Assembly: GCA_041687695.1 (NCBI GenBank)
Contig: JAWLBL010000037.1
Location: 1 to 64,000 of the forward strand
Length of the DNA stretch: 64,000 nt
Source of the DNA: Myxococcota bacterium
GTDB lineage: Bacteria > Myxococcota_A > UBA9042 > PHBI01 > JAWLBL01
Direction of reading: 5' to 3'
Below, one piece after another: positions 51,507-61,155 of this stretch. Position numbers and translations under genes: made by a program. The notes under the pieces are model-generated. The model saw only the letters and a program-made list of their open reading frames with translations. It did not search any database and had not been told where the DNA came from. The first letter of the stretch is position 1. Every line of letters begins with the position of its first letter.

Positions 51507-52595
51507 TCAGAGCAGGCTCTTGACGACCTCGAAGGCGATGAGCAGGATGATGATCCACTCGAGCCACTCGCTGCGCTGCGCCATGGTGCGCTCGTGGAAG
51601 ACGCCGTGGATGTTCCACAGCGTCTGCAGCTTGCGCTCGACGTCGCGGTCGTAGACCTCGAGCTGGAAGCGCTCGGCCGCCAGGCGGTAGATGCGCGCCA
51701 GGTGCTCGTCGCCCGTGAGCTTGAGCGGGTTGTTGACCGCCTCGAACTCGGCGGCGGCGGCGGTGGTCAGCTCCGCCAGGCGCTGCGTGGCCTTGTCCTG
51801 CGGCCGAAAGAGCAGCTCCCACAGCCGCGGGCGGGTGCGGATGAGGCGCTCGGCGGCCTCGAGCGCCGAGTCCAGGCTGCGATCGAGCACACGCAGGCCC
51901 AGGACCTCGCTGTTGGCGAAGTCCAAGACCGCCAGGATGTCGCTGTAGTGCGGCTCGACCACGAGCGCCGACGCCCAGTCGATCACGGCGAGGTCGCTGC
52001 GGGCGTAGCTGAGGCGCTGGCGCAGCGCGGCCTCGAGCTCGGCGTCCGAGAAGCGCAGCGCCTCGCCGCGCAGCATCTGGACGACCAGCTGCGCGTTGTC
52101 GGCCAGCCAGGCCTCGGTGTCGCCGCCAGGGACGGCGGGCACCTGGAACACCGTGTACTCCTCGTACAGCGGTGACAGGTGCGGCTCGGTGATGGCCGGC
52201 CCCAGGCGCTCCAAGCACTCGCGCAAGAAGGGCTCGGCCAGCGCCCGCAGGCGGGCGTCCTGCTCGAGCGCGACGCCCAGGTCGCGCCAGGCGGTCAGCG
52301 GGCCGGAGACGTCGAAGTGCAGGTCGACCGACAGCTGCCCGAAGTCGTAGACGACCGCGCGGCGGTGCACCTCGATCTCGCGCCCGGCGACCTGGGCGAC
52401 GACCGGCGTCGCCGTCCAGGAGAAGGGCTGCGGCTCGAGGTGGAACAGACCCGGCGAGTGGGGCCGCCGCGCGCCGGAGAGGACCTCGGAGCCCTGCAGC
52501 AGGCGCGCGCCCTCGACGAGGTCGACGCTCTTGCCGATGTCCCACGCGCGGAGGACTCGACACTCACCGGTCAGCACGTCGCTCGCATCGCTCAT
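51507..52595 (-). CDS. Conserved hypothetical protein, RMD1/YagE-like, with a C-terminal TM
   Basis: Clean 362-aa ORF ending RSEWLEWIIILLIAFEV; YDFG and LARIY motifs. Confidence 0.7.
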   Translation of the reverse strand: MSDASDVLTGECRVLRAWDIGKSVDLVEGARLLQGSEVLSGARRPHSPGLFHLEPQPFSWTATPVVAQVAGREIEVHRRAVVYDFGQLSVDLHFDVSGPLTAWRDLGVALEQDARLRALAEPFLRECLERLGPAITEPHLSPLYEEYTVFQVPAVPGGDTEAWLADNAQLVVQMLRGEALRFSDAELEAALRQRLSYARSDLAVIDWASALVVEPHYSDILAVLDFANSEVLGLRVLDRSLDSALEAAERLIRTRPRLWELLFRPQDKATQRLAELTTAAAAEFEAVNNPLKLTGDEHLARIYRLAAERFQLEVYDRDVERKLQTLWNIHGVFHERTMAQRSEWLEWIIILLIAFEVVKSLL

Positions 52596-52622
52596 GCGTC
52601 ACCGCGCCGGGTCGTCAGGGAG

Positions 52623-54365
52623 TCAGCCCGCGGGCGTGTCCTCGTCGAGGCCGCGCCCGTCGCCGATGCGCCGGCGCTCGCGGCGGCGCCCACGGGAGGC
52701 GCGCTCGGTGGCGCTCGGCCGGGGCGCCTCGTCCCGGGTGGGCTCGGGCGCCCTGGCCTTGGCCGCCGAGGGCTCGTCGCGGCGCGCCTCGTCCGGGCTG
52801 GGCTCGGCGGCCGTGGCCGGAGCCGCGGTCGCCTCGGCCTGGGGCGCGTCTTCGCGCTTCTTGCGCGCGCGGCGGGGCTTCTTGGGGGCCTCGGCCGCCT
52901 GGGCGGCCGGCGCCTCGGCGGTCTCGGCGTTCGCGACCTCGGCGGTCGCCTCGGCCGGCGCGACCTCGACCTTGGGCCGGGGCTTGCGCTCGGCGCGCTT
53001 GCGCGTCGGGCGGGTGCCGGCCTCGGCCTCGGCCTGGGCGCCCTCGAGCGGCCAGCCGACGAAGGGCTTGCCGCGCGTGCGGCGGAACGAGCCGGCCTCG
53101 TCCTTGGCGAACAGGCTGTCGTCCGCGTGCTCGGCCGGGATGCGGTGGCCGGTGTAGGCCTCGACCGCCGCGAGCCCGAAGACGAAGTCCTCGCAGGCCA
53201 GGGTGATGGCCTTGCCGGTCGCGCCGGCGCGCGCCGTGCGGCCCACGCGGTGGACGTAGTCCTCGGGGTCCTGCGGCACGTCGTAGTTGAAGACGTGGGT
53301 CACGTCGTCGACGTGGATGCCGCGGCTGGCGACGTCGGTCGCCACCAGGTAGCGCACGTGGCCCTCTTTGAGGGCCTCGATGATCTGCATGCGCTTCTTC
53401 TGGGGCAGGTCGCCGCTCATGTAGACCGCGGAGTAGCCGTTCTTCGTCAGGCGCCAGGCGAGCTCCTCGCCGTCGCGCTTGGTGTTGACGAAGATCATGG
53501 CGCGTCCGGGCTCCTCGGACTTCAGGAGGCCCAGCAGCAGCGCGAACTTCTCGTGGCTCGAGACGTGGTACAGGCGCTCCTCGATGGCCTCGACGACCAG
53601 GCGCTCGGGGCGGATGGCCACCTCGACCGGGTCGTTCATGAAGCGCCGCGCGAGGCGCATGACCTGGTGCGACAGCGTCGCCGAGAAGAGCAGCGACTGG
53701 CGCCGCGACTTGTGGGGCACCGCGCGGAACAGGTAGTTGAGGTCCTCGACGAACCCCATGTCGAACATCCGGTCGGCCTCGTCGGTCACCATCACCTGGA
53801 CCGAGCTCAGCTTCAGGATGCGCTGGCGGTGGTAGTCGATGAGGCGCCCGGGCGTGCCGACCACGATGTCGGCGCCGGCCTCGAGGGCGCGGGCCTGCTT
53901 GCCCCAGTCCATGCCGCCGAACGCCAGGGCCACCTTCAGGTCGGTGTACTTGCTGAGGTTGTCGGCGTCGGCGGCGATCTGCACGGCCAGCTCGCGCGTC
54001 GGCGCGACGACCAGGGCCCGCGGGGCGCCGTCGGCGGGCCGCTCGCCCTCGAGCAGGCGCTTCATCGTGGCGAGCAGGAAGCAGGCGGTCTTTCCGGTGC
54101 CCGTCTGGGCTTGCCCGGCGAGGTCCTTGCCCTCGAGCAGGTGCGGGAGCGCCTGGGCCTGGATGGCCGTGGGCTCCTCGAATCCGAGGTCCTCGACCGC
54201 GCGGAGCAGGGGCGCGGGGAGGGGGAGCGATTGGAACTTCAAAGAGTCTCTCGATGCGGTGTGTGGCGCGCGACGCCGGGGGCGGCCGGGCTCGGCCTGG
54301 GTTCTCGCCCCGCGATCGCCGGCCCTCTTCGGGGGCCGGGGTGGCGCTTCGTCGCCGGACGTCAC
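52623..54365 (-). CDS. rhlB: DEAD-box RNA helicase, RhlB-like, with an Ala/Arg-rich tail
   Basis: GQAQTGTGKT, PTRELA, TPGRL, DEADRMFDMGF, SAT and HRVGRTAR. Start uncertain (may be TTG near 54243). Confidence 0.85.
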   Translation of the reverse strand: MTSGDEAPPRPPKRAGDRGARTQAEPGRPRRRAPHTASRDSLKFQSLPLPAPLLRAVEDLGFEEPTAIQAQALPHLLEGKDLAGQAQTGTGKTACFLLATMKRLLEGERPADGAPRALVVAPTRELAVQIAADADNLSKYTDLKVALAFGGMDWGKQARALEAGADIVVGTPGRLIDYHRQRILKLSSVQVMVTDEADRMFDMGFVEDLNYLFRAVPHKSRRQSLLFSATLSHQVMRLARRFMNDPVEVAIRPERLVVEAIEERLYHVSSHEKFALLLGLLKSEEPGRAMIFVNTKRDGEELAWRLTKNGYSAVYMSGDLPQKKRMQIIEALKEGHVRYLVATDVASRGIHVDDVTHVFNYDVPQDPEDYVHRVGRTARAGATGKAITLACEDFVFGLAAVEAYTGHRIPAEHADDSLFAKDEAGSFRRTRGKPFVGWPLEGAQAEAEAGTRPTRKRAERKPRPKVEVAPAEATAEVANAETAEAPAAQAAEAPKKPRRARKKREDAPQAEATAAPATAAEPSPDEARRDEPSAAKARAPEPTRDEAPRPSATERASRGRRRERRRIGDGRGLDEDTPAG

Positions 54366-54520
54366 CCGTCGTTGGGTCGCGTCAGTGGCGGAGCGCGTCG
54401 GTCGCGTTGCGGTCCCGGGGCCACGATCTCACGTTGAAAAAAGGCTTCGGGTGCCCTCCATGGTGTGGCCGAAACCACTGGAGTCAAGCAATCGATTCCA
54501 TCAGGGGCCTGGCGCCCGCG

Positions 54521-54925
54521 TCAGCGGCCGGCGAGCGCGGCGTCGATCTCGGCGACGCGGCGCTCCGCCTCGGCCCGGAGCGCCTCGGTGTCGGCGTGCT
54601 CGCGGGCCCGGTCGTCCGCGGTCTGCCGGGCCAGCTCGGCCAGCCGCCGCGCCTCGGCGCCCACCGCCGACCAGTCGCCGTCGGCCGCCCAGCGGTGCGC
54701 CAGGATGCGCGCGGTCGGCGGGTCGGGCAGCTCGGCGAGGGCCCGGTCCGGGGCCTCGGGCGGCGCCGCGGCCAGGCGCTCGACCTGCGCGGCGCAGGCC
54801 GCGACCTGCTCGGCGCGCTCGGTGGCCCCACGCGCGCGCTCCTCGAGATCGCGCGCGGCCAGGGTCAGCGCGTCCAGCTGGCGCCAGACGCGGCGGCGCT
54901 CGTCTTGCAGGGCTTCGTTCGACAT
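54521..54925 (-). CDS. Hypothetical helical protein
   Basis: 134-aa ORF with ATG start filling the gap between co-oriented genes; coiled-coil-like composition. Confidence 0.5.
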   Translation of the reverse strand: MSNEALQDERRRVWRQLDALTLAARDLEERARGATERAEQVAACAAQVERLAAAPPEAPDRALAELPDPPTARILAHRWAADGDWSAVGAEARRLAELARQTADDRAREHADTEALRAEAERRVAEIDAALAGR

Positions 54926-54933
54926 GGGCGCGA

Positions 54934-55557
54934 CTATGGGCGCGGTCGGTCCGCCCTGTCTACAGGCTCACGCAGGTGCTGGCAGCCGCCGGTCGGGTCG
55001 CACCAGGCCAGCGTGCACGGGTCGCCGTCGCCGCAGCCGGCGCCGTCGTCCGGCAGGTGAACGCAGCCATCGTCGTCGGCCAGGTCCCGCGTCTAGTCGG
55101 CGCAGCCGATGGCCACGGGGACGCAGGCGCCGGCTTCGCAGAGGAAGCCCTGGCACCCGGCCCAGTCGGCGGCGCGGCAGACGCTGCCGTCGTCGGCGGG
55201 CTGGGGCACGCAGGTGCCGTCGTCGGCGCAGCGGCCGATCTGGCAGTCGCCCAGCGCGTCGCCGGTGCAGGCGAGGCCGGTCGGCGCCACGATGGGCACG
55301 CAGGCGCCGTCCCGGCAGGTGTGGGCGCGGCACGAGCTGGCCGGGTCGCCCTGCGGGCAGTCGAGGGCCGAGGCGCAGGTCGGCGGCCTCGGGTCGGGGA
55401 CGGGATCGGAGGGTTCGAGGAGGGCGGGCGCGTCGATGGCGGTGGGCGGCGAGGTGCCGGCGACCCCGACCAGGTCGTCGTCACAGCCGAGGGCCGCCAA
55501 CGCGCAGGCCAGCGAGAGGGAGAGCGCGGGTAGGCGCCGCGCGAGGCTCGACCTCAT
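54934..55557 (-). pseudogene. Cys-rich lipoprotein with an internal in-frame TAG at 55093-55095
   Basis: Lipobox LAALGC. Past the TAG the same frame continues TRDLADDDGCVHLPDDGAGCGDGDPCTLAWCDPTGGCQHL..., the same Cys module type, to a TAG at 54934. Confidence 0.65.
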
Positions 55558-55709
55558 GGCTCTTCCTGGGCGTCGGGATGGGGGGCGTCGGGCGCGTGGA
55601 GAGGGGGCGCCCTGGGAGGGGAGGGGATCGCCTCGTTCAACACGCCTGGCGGCGCCCAGGTTCCCGCGGCCTGAGCACCGGCGGCGCCCACCCGCCGCCC
55701 GCGGGCGCC

Positions 55710-57734
<2,025 letters not shown>

Positions 57735-57934
57735 CGGGTCACCTCGCGGCCGGCCACCATCGGCACCCACCCCGCCCAAGTCAATCGCAGGGCCGGGGCC
57801 ACCCGGGCCCTCGGCGTCTGGACGCACCGGCCCTCCCCGGTGTCCGCCGCGCGCGCGCCGGGGCTTGCGCTACGGGCCCGGGTCGCATACCAGTCGGGGC
57901 ACTCCGACCCCCATCCACCGAGGTGACGCGCCCC

Positions 57935-58645
57935 ATGGCCCAGCCGACCATCACCCCCATCACCTTCCCGCCCCAGGGCGAGACGACCCTCATCGCCTTC
58001 TATCAGCGCATGGCGGCCGAGGTCGGCGAGCTGGGGTGCGACATCCTGAACCACCTGGCCCGCTCGCTCATCGAGCGCGGCTGGCTGCCGACCGTCTCCA
58101 GCACCGTCGAGCAGCTCACCGACATGGCCGACGAGGCCAAGGTCCGCGCCGCCCTCGACGATCTCCAGGCCCGCCGCCTGCTCACCCTCAGCGACGACGG
58201 CGCCCGCATCGCCGGCCTGCTCGGCACCCTCTCGGTCGGCCGCACCCGCCACCGCGCCCACCTGTCGACCGGCGTCGACGTCTTCACCTTCGGCGGCATG
58301 GATCTGCTCAGCGTCGAGCCGATGCTCACCAAGGCCGTCGACGCCTTCACCCAGTGCGGCCAGTGCGACCGCGAGCTGACCCTGAAGATCGCCGGCGAGA
58401 CCATCCAGGACACCGAGCCCGCCGAGCTGGCCGGCTTCCAGGCCAGCTGGGACGGCCAGAGCCCGCTCTCCGACGTCTCCGAGGCCTCGCCCCTGTTCTG
58501 CAGCGACGCCTGCCTCGAGCAGTGGCAGGCCGGCCACCCCGAGGTCGAGGGCCTGCCCCTGTCGGCCGACCTGCTCCTGTTCGTCGGCATGTCGATGGCC
58601 ACCGAGTCGGGCCACGCCCGCTACGAGCTCATCAAGATGGGCTGA
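57935..58645 (+). CDS. MerB (organomercurial lyase)-fold protein with a divergent active site
   Basis: N-terminal wHTH-like part, then LS..RTRH, VFTFGGMDLL, TQCGQCD.ELTL, EP and LFCSDACLEQW...HP..G.PLS, in MerB motif order. Confidence 0.62.
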   Translation: MAQPTITPITFPPQGETTLIAFYQRMAAEVGELGCDILNHLARSLIERGWLPTVSSTVEQLTDMADEAKVRAALDDLQARRLLTLSDDGARIAGLLGTLSVGRTRHRAHLSTGVDVFTFGGMDLLSVEPMLTKAVDAFTQCGQCDRELTLKIAGETIQDTEPAELAGFQASWDGQSPLSDVSEASPLFCSDACLEQWQAGHPEVEGLPLSADLLLFVGMSMATESGHARYELIKMG

Positions 58646-58678
58646 CGCCCGCTCGCCCCGACACGCGCGCTCTTCCCG

Positions 58679-58711
58679 ATCCCCGCGGCCTCGCACCGCG
58701 GGGATTTTTTT
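58679..58711 (+). terminator. Rho-independent terminator
   Basis: Stem atccccgcgg / ccgcggggat, 7-nt loop, T7 tract, about 33 bp after the stop. Confidence 0.88.
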
Positions 58712-58875
58712 GACGCTGCCCGGACCCCGCTCTACTTCTGCGCCCGTCGCCGCGGTCATTCCCCGAGCCGCGCGACGACCCGGCCTGGGCGCGCGACCAG
58801 GCTGCCCCCGAACCACCGCGACCCGTCCGAGGCCCCGCCTCGGGCGCGTGCGCTCGTGTACCCCGAGGCAGCCCC

Positions 58876-59751
58876 ATGTCCGTCGCCCGTCACGCCCCCG
58901 GCGTCATGGCCCCCCACGCCACGTCGCAGCCGGCGCCGCAGCCCGGCCGCCCCTCCGCCGAGCCCTTCCTCAAGTGGGCCGGCGGCAAGGCGCGCCTGCT
59001 CCCGCAGCTCGCCCCGCTGCTCCCCCGGCGCATGGGCCGCTACTTCGAGCCCTTCGTCGGCGGCGGCGCCCTGTTCTTCCGCACCGCCCCCGCCGAGGCC
59101 GTCCTGGGCGACATCAACCCCGACCTCGTCAACGTCTACCGCTGCGTCCGCGACGACCTGCCCGGCGTCATCCGCGAGCTGCGCCGCCACCGCTTCGAGA
59201 AGAACCACTACTACGCGGTCCGCGCCCAGGACCCGGCGACCCTGTCGCCCGCCCAGCGCGCCGCCCGCATGATCTACCTCAACCGCAGCTGCTTCAACGG
59301 CCTGTACCGCGTCAACCGCCGCGGCCAGTTCAACGTCCCCTTCGGCAGCTACAGCAACCCCGACATCTGCCCGGTCGACCGCCTGACCGCCGCCAGCGCC
59401 GCCCTGCAGGGGGTCGACGTCGCCCACGGCCACTACGCCGAGCTGGTCGCGCGCGCCCGCCCCGGCGACTTCGTCTACTTCGACCCGCCCTACGTCCCCA
59501 TCAGCCGCACCGCCAACTTCACCGGCTACACCAAGGAGGACTTCGGCCCCGACGACCAGGCCGCCCTGGCCGACACCTTCCGCGCGCTCGTGGACCGCGG
59601 CGTCCAGTGCATGCTGTCCAACAGCGACGTCCCCTTCGTCCGCGAGCTGTATCGGGGCTTCCGCGTCGAGACCGTCCTCGCCCCGCGCGCCATCTCGCGC
59701 TCGGCCGAGGGTCGCGCCCCGGTCACCGAGGTCGTCGTCCTCGGTTACTGA
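58876..59751 (+). CDS. Dam-family (D12 class) N6-adenine DNA methyltransferase, no adjacent endonuclease
   Basis: PFLKWAGGK, YFEPFVGGGA, YLNRSCFNGLYRVN, FNVPFG, YFDPPY and MLSNSD. Confidence 0.93.
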   Translation: MSVARHAPGVMAPHATSQPAPQPGRPSAEPFLKWAGGKARLLPQLAPLLPRRMGRYFEPFVGGGALFFRTAPAEAVLGDINPDLVNVYRCVRDDLPGVIRELRRHRFEKNHYYAVRAQDPATLSPAQRAARMIYLNRSCFNGLYRVNRRGQFNVPFGSYSNPDICPVDRLTAASAALQGVDVAHGHYAELVARARPGDFVYFDPPYVPISRTANFTGYTKEDFGPDDQAALADTFRALVDRGVQCMLSNSDVPFVRELYRGFRVETVLAPRAISRSAEGRAPVTEVVVLGY

Positions 59752-59913
59752 TCCGCCCGCGATTGCGCGCCTGCGCCGCCCCCGTGGCGGTCCGCCACGC
59801 AATCGCGCGCTCGGACCGTCTGTGGCTGGTTCCCCCCGAAGGGCCCTGCTACAGTCGCTCCCGCGCGGCCACCCCGATGCCGGTGGACCCGCGGCCAAAG
59901 GGAGCGAGGCGTT

Positions 59914-61125
59914 TTGCACACCTGCGAAAGCTGCGGCATGGAGAGCGAGGACACGGCCACCTTCTGCGTCGGCTGTGGCTCGAAGATAGCCCGCGCGACC
60001 GAGCGGCCCCCGGCCCCGGCGCGCCCCCAGGCCGGCCCGCCCCCCGTGGCGGCCGGGCCCGGTCGCCAGCGGAGCGGCCGCACCCTCAAGCCCACCACCC
60101 ACCCGGGCCTGAAGGTCACGCGCCCGCCGACCGATCCCGCGCCGGCCCGCCCCGGCGAGCGGCCGTTCAGCCCCAAGACCCAGATCTGGAACGCCCCCGC
60201 GGCCGACGCCGGCCCCACCGAGCCCAAGCTCGGGGCGCCTCCCCAGCCGCTGGCCTCGCCCTTCGCCGCGCCGCCCGAGTCGCCCGAGTGGAACGACTCG
60301 CCCTTCGCCGCGCCGCCCGAGCCGTCGCCCTTCGCTGCGCCGCCCGAGGCGTCGCCCTTCGCCGCGCCGCCCGAGCCGGCCGAGTCGCCTGCCTGGGAGG
60401 ATTCGGCCTTCGCTGCGCCGCCCGAGCCGTCGCCCTTCGCTGCGCCGCCCGAGCCCTCGCCGTTCGAGGCGCCGTCCCCCCGCCCGGTCTCGACGACCCA
60501 GCCCACCGAGCCGGTCACCCGCGACGCCATCCCCGTGCCGCGCTCGGTGGCCGCCCCGCGCGCCCAGACCGTCATCGCCACCGCCGGGGCCCTGTTCGAT
60601 CACGTGGCTCGCGCCGCCAAGACGGCCACCCCACAGCCGAACCCGACCGCCGCCGCGGCCGCGCCCGCCGCCCCGGCCGTGGCGCCGCCCGACGCCGGCC
60701 CGGCCCAGGATCCGATGGCGTTCGCGCGCACGGCGCCCGCGCTCGAGGCCTCGGCCGTGCAGGACGCCCTGCGGACGACCGAGCCCGCCGCCGCGCCCGC
60801 CATCGCCGCCACCCCGGTCGCCCCCGCGCCGGCCCGCCAGCCGACGCCGCCGCCCGCCGCGGCGCCCAGCGCTTCACCGACCGCGGCGCCCGTCGCGGCG
60901 CGCGACTCCGGCTCCTACGACATCGAGGCCGCCGAGGCGGCCAAGCCGCGGACGCCGGGCCAGCGGGTCAACGCGCCCTCGAAGCTGTCCAGCTACGAGG
61001 AGGCCGCCCAGCGCGGCTTCCGACGCGAGGGCCGCACGGCCGACGAGGGCTCGTCCAAGCAGACGATGCTCATCGCCGTGGGCGCGGCCGTGCTGGTCGC
61101 CGTCGCCTTGGCCCTGGCGCTCTGA
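59914..61125 (+). CDS. Zinc-ribbon protein with Pro/Ala-rich repeats and a C-terminal TM anchor
   Basis: CESCG..FCVGCG N-terminus, (SPFAAPPE)n repeats and terminal hydrophobic segment LIAVGAAVLVAVALALAL. Confidence 0.72.
   Translation: MHTCESCGMESEDTATFCVGCGSKIARATERPPAPARPQAGPPPVAAGPGRQRSGRTLKPTTHPGLKVTRPPTDPAPARPGERPFSPKTQIWNAPAADAGPTEPKLGAPPQPLASPFAAPPESPEWNDSPFAAPPEPSPFAAPPEASPFAAPPEPAESPAWEDSAFAAPPEPSPFAAPPEPSPFEAPSPRPVSTTQPTEPVTRDAIPVPRSVAAPRAQTVIATAGALFDHVARAAKTATPQPNPTAAAAAPAAPAVAPPDAGPAQDPMAFARTAPALEASAVQDALRTTEPAAAPAIAATPVAPAPARQPTPPPAAAPSASPTAAPVAARDSGSYDIEAAEAAKPRTPGQRVNAPSKLSSYEEAAQRGFRREGRTADEGSSKQTMLIAVGAAVLVAVALALAL
60255..60470. repeat. Coding tandem repeat, SPFAAPPE(P), about 6 copies
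   Basis: Unit tcgcccttcgc(c/t)gcgccgcccgag of about 27 bp, with two ESP(E/A)W(N/E)D inserts; all in frame. Confidence 0.88.
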
Positions 61126-61155
61126 GGCCAGGGCCGGGGTCTCCCGGCGCGCCGA

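Noticed and set aside
54460..54487. sigma70 promoter for the DEAD-box gene (TTGACT-N16-CACCAT, minus strand)
   Set aside because: The -10 match is weak and the spacer is 16 nt; plausible but not supportable from sequence alone.
57935..58645. Mercury resistance locus
   Set aside because: No merA, merR, merT or merP nearby, and the catalytic Cys residues appear absent.
60255..60470. 27-bp repeats as CRISPR or a DGR template
   Set aside because: They are in-frame coding repeats varying mainly at third positions, and no reverse transcriptase or cas gene is present.
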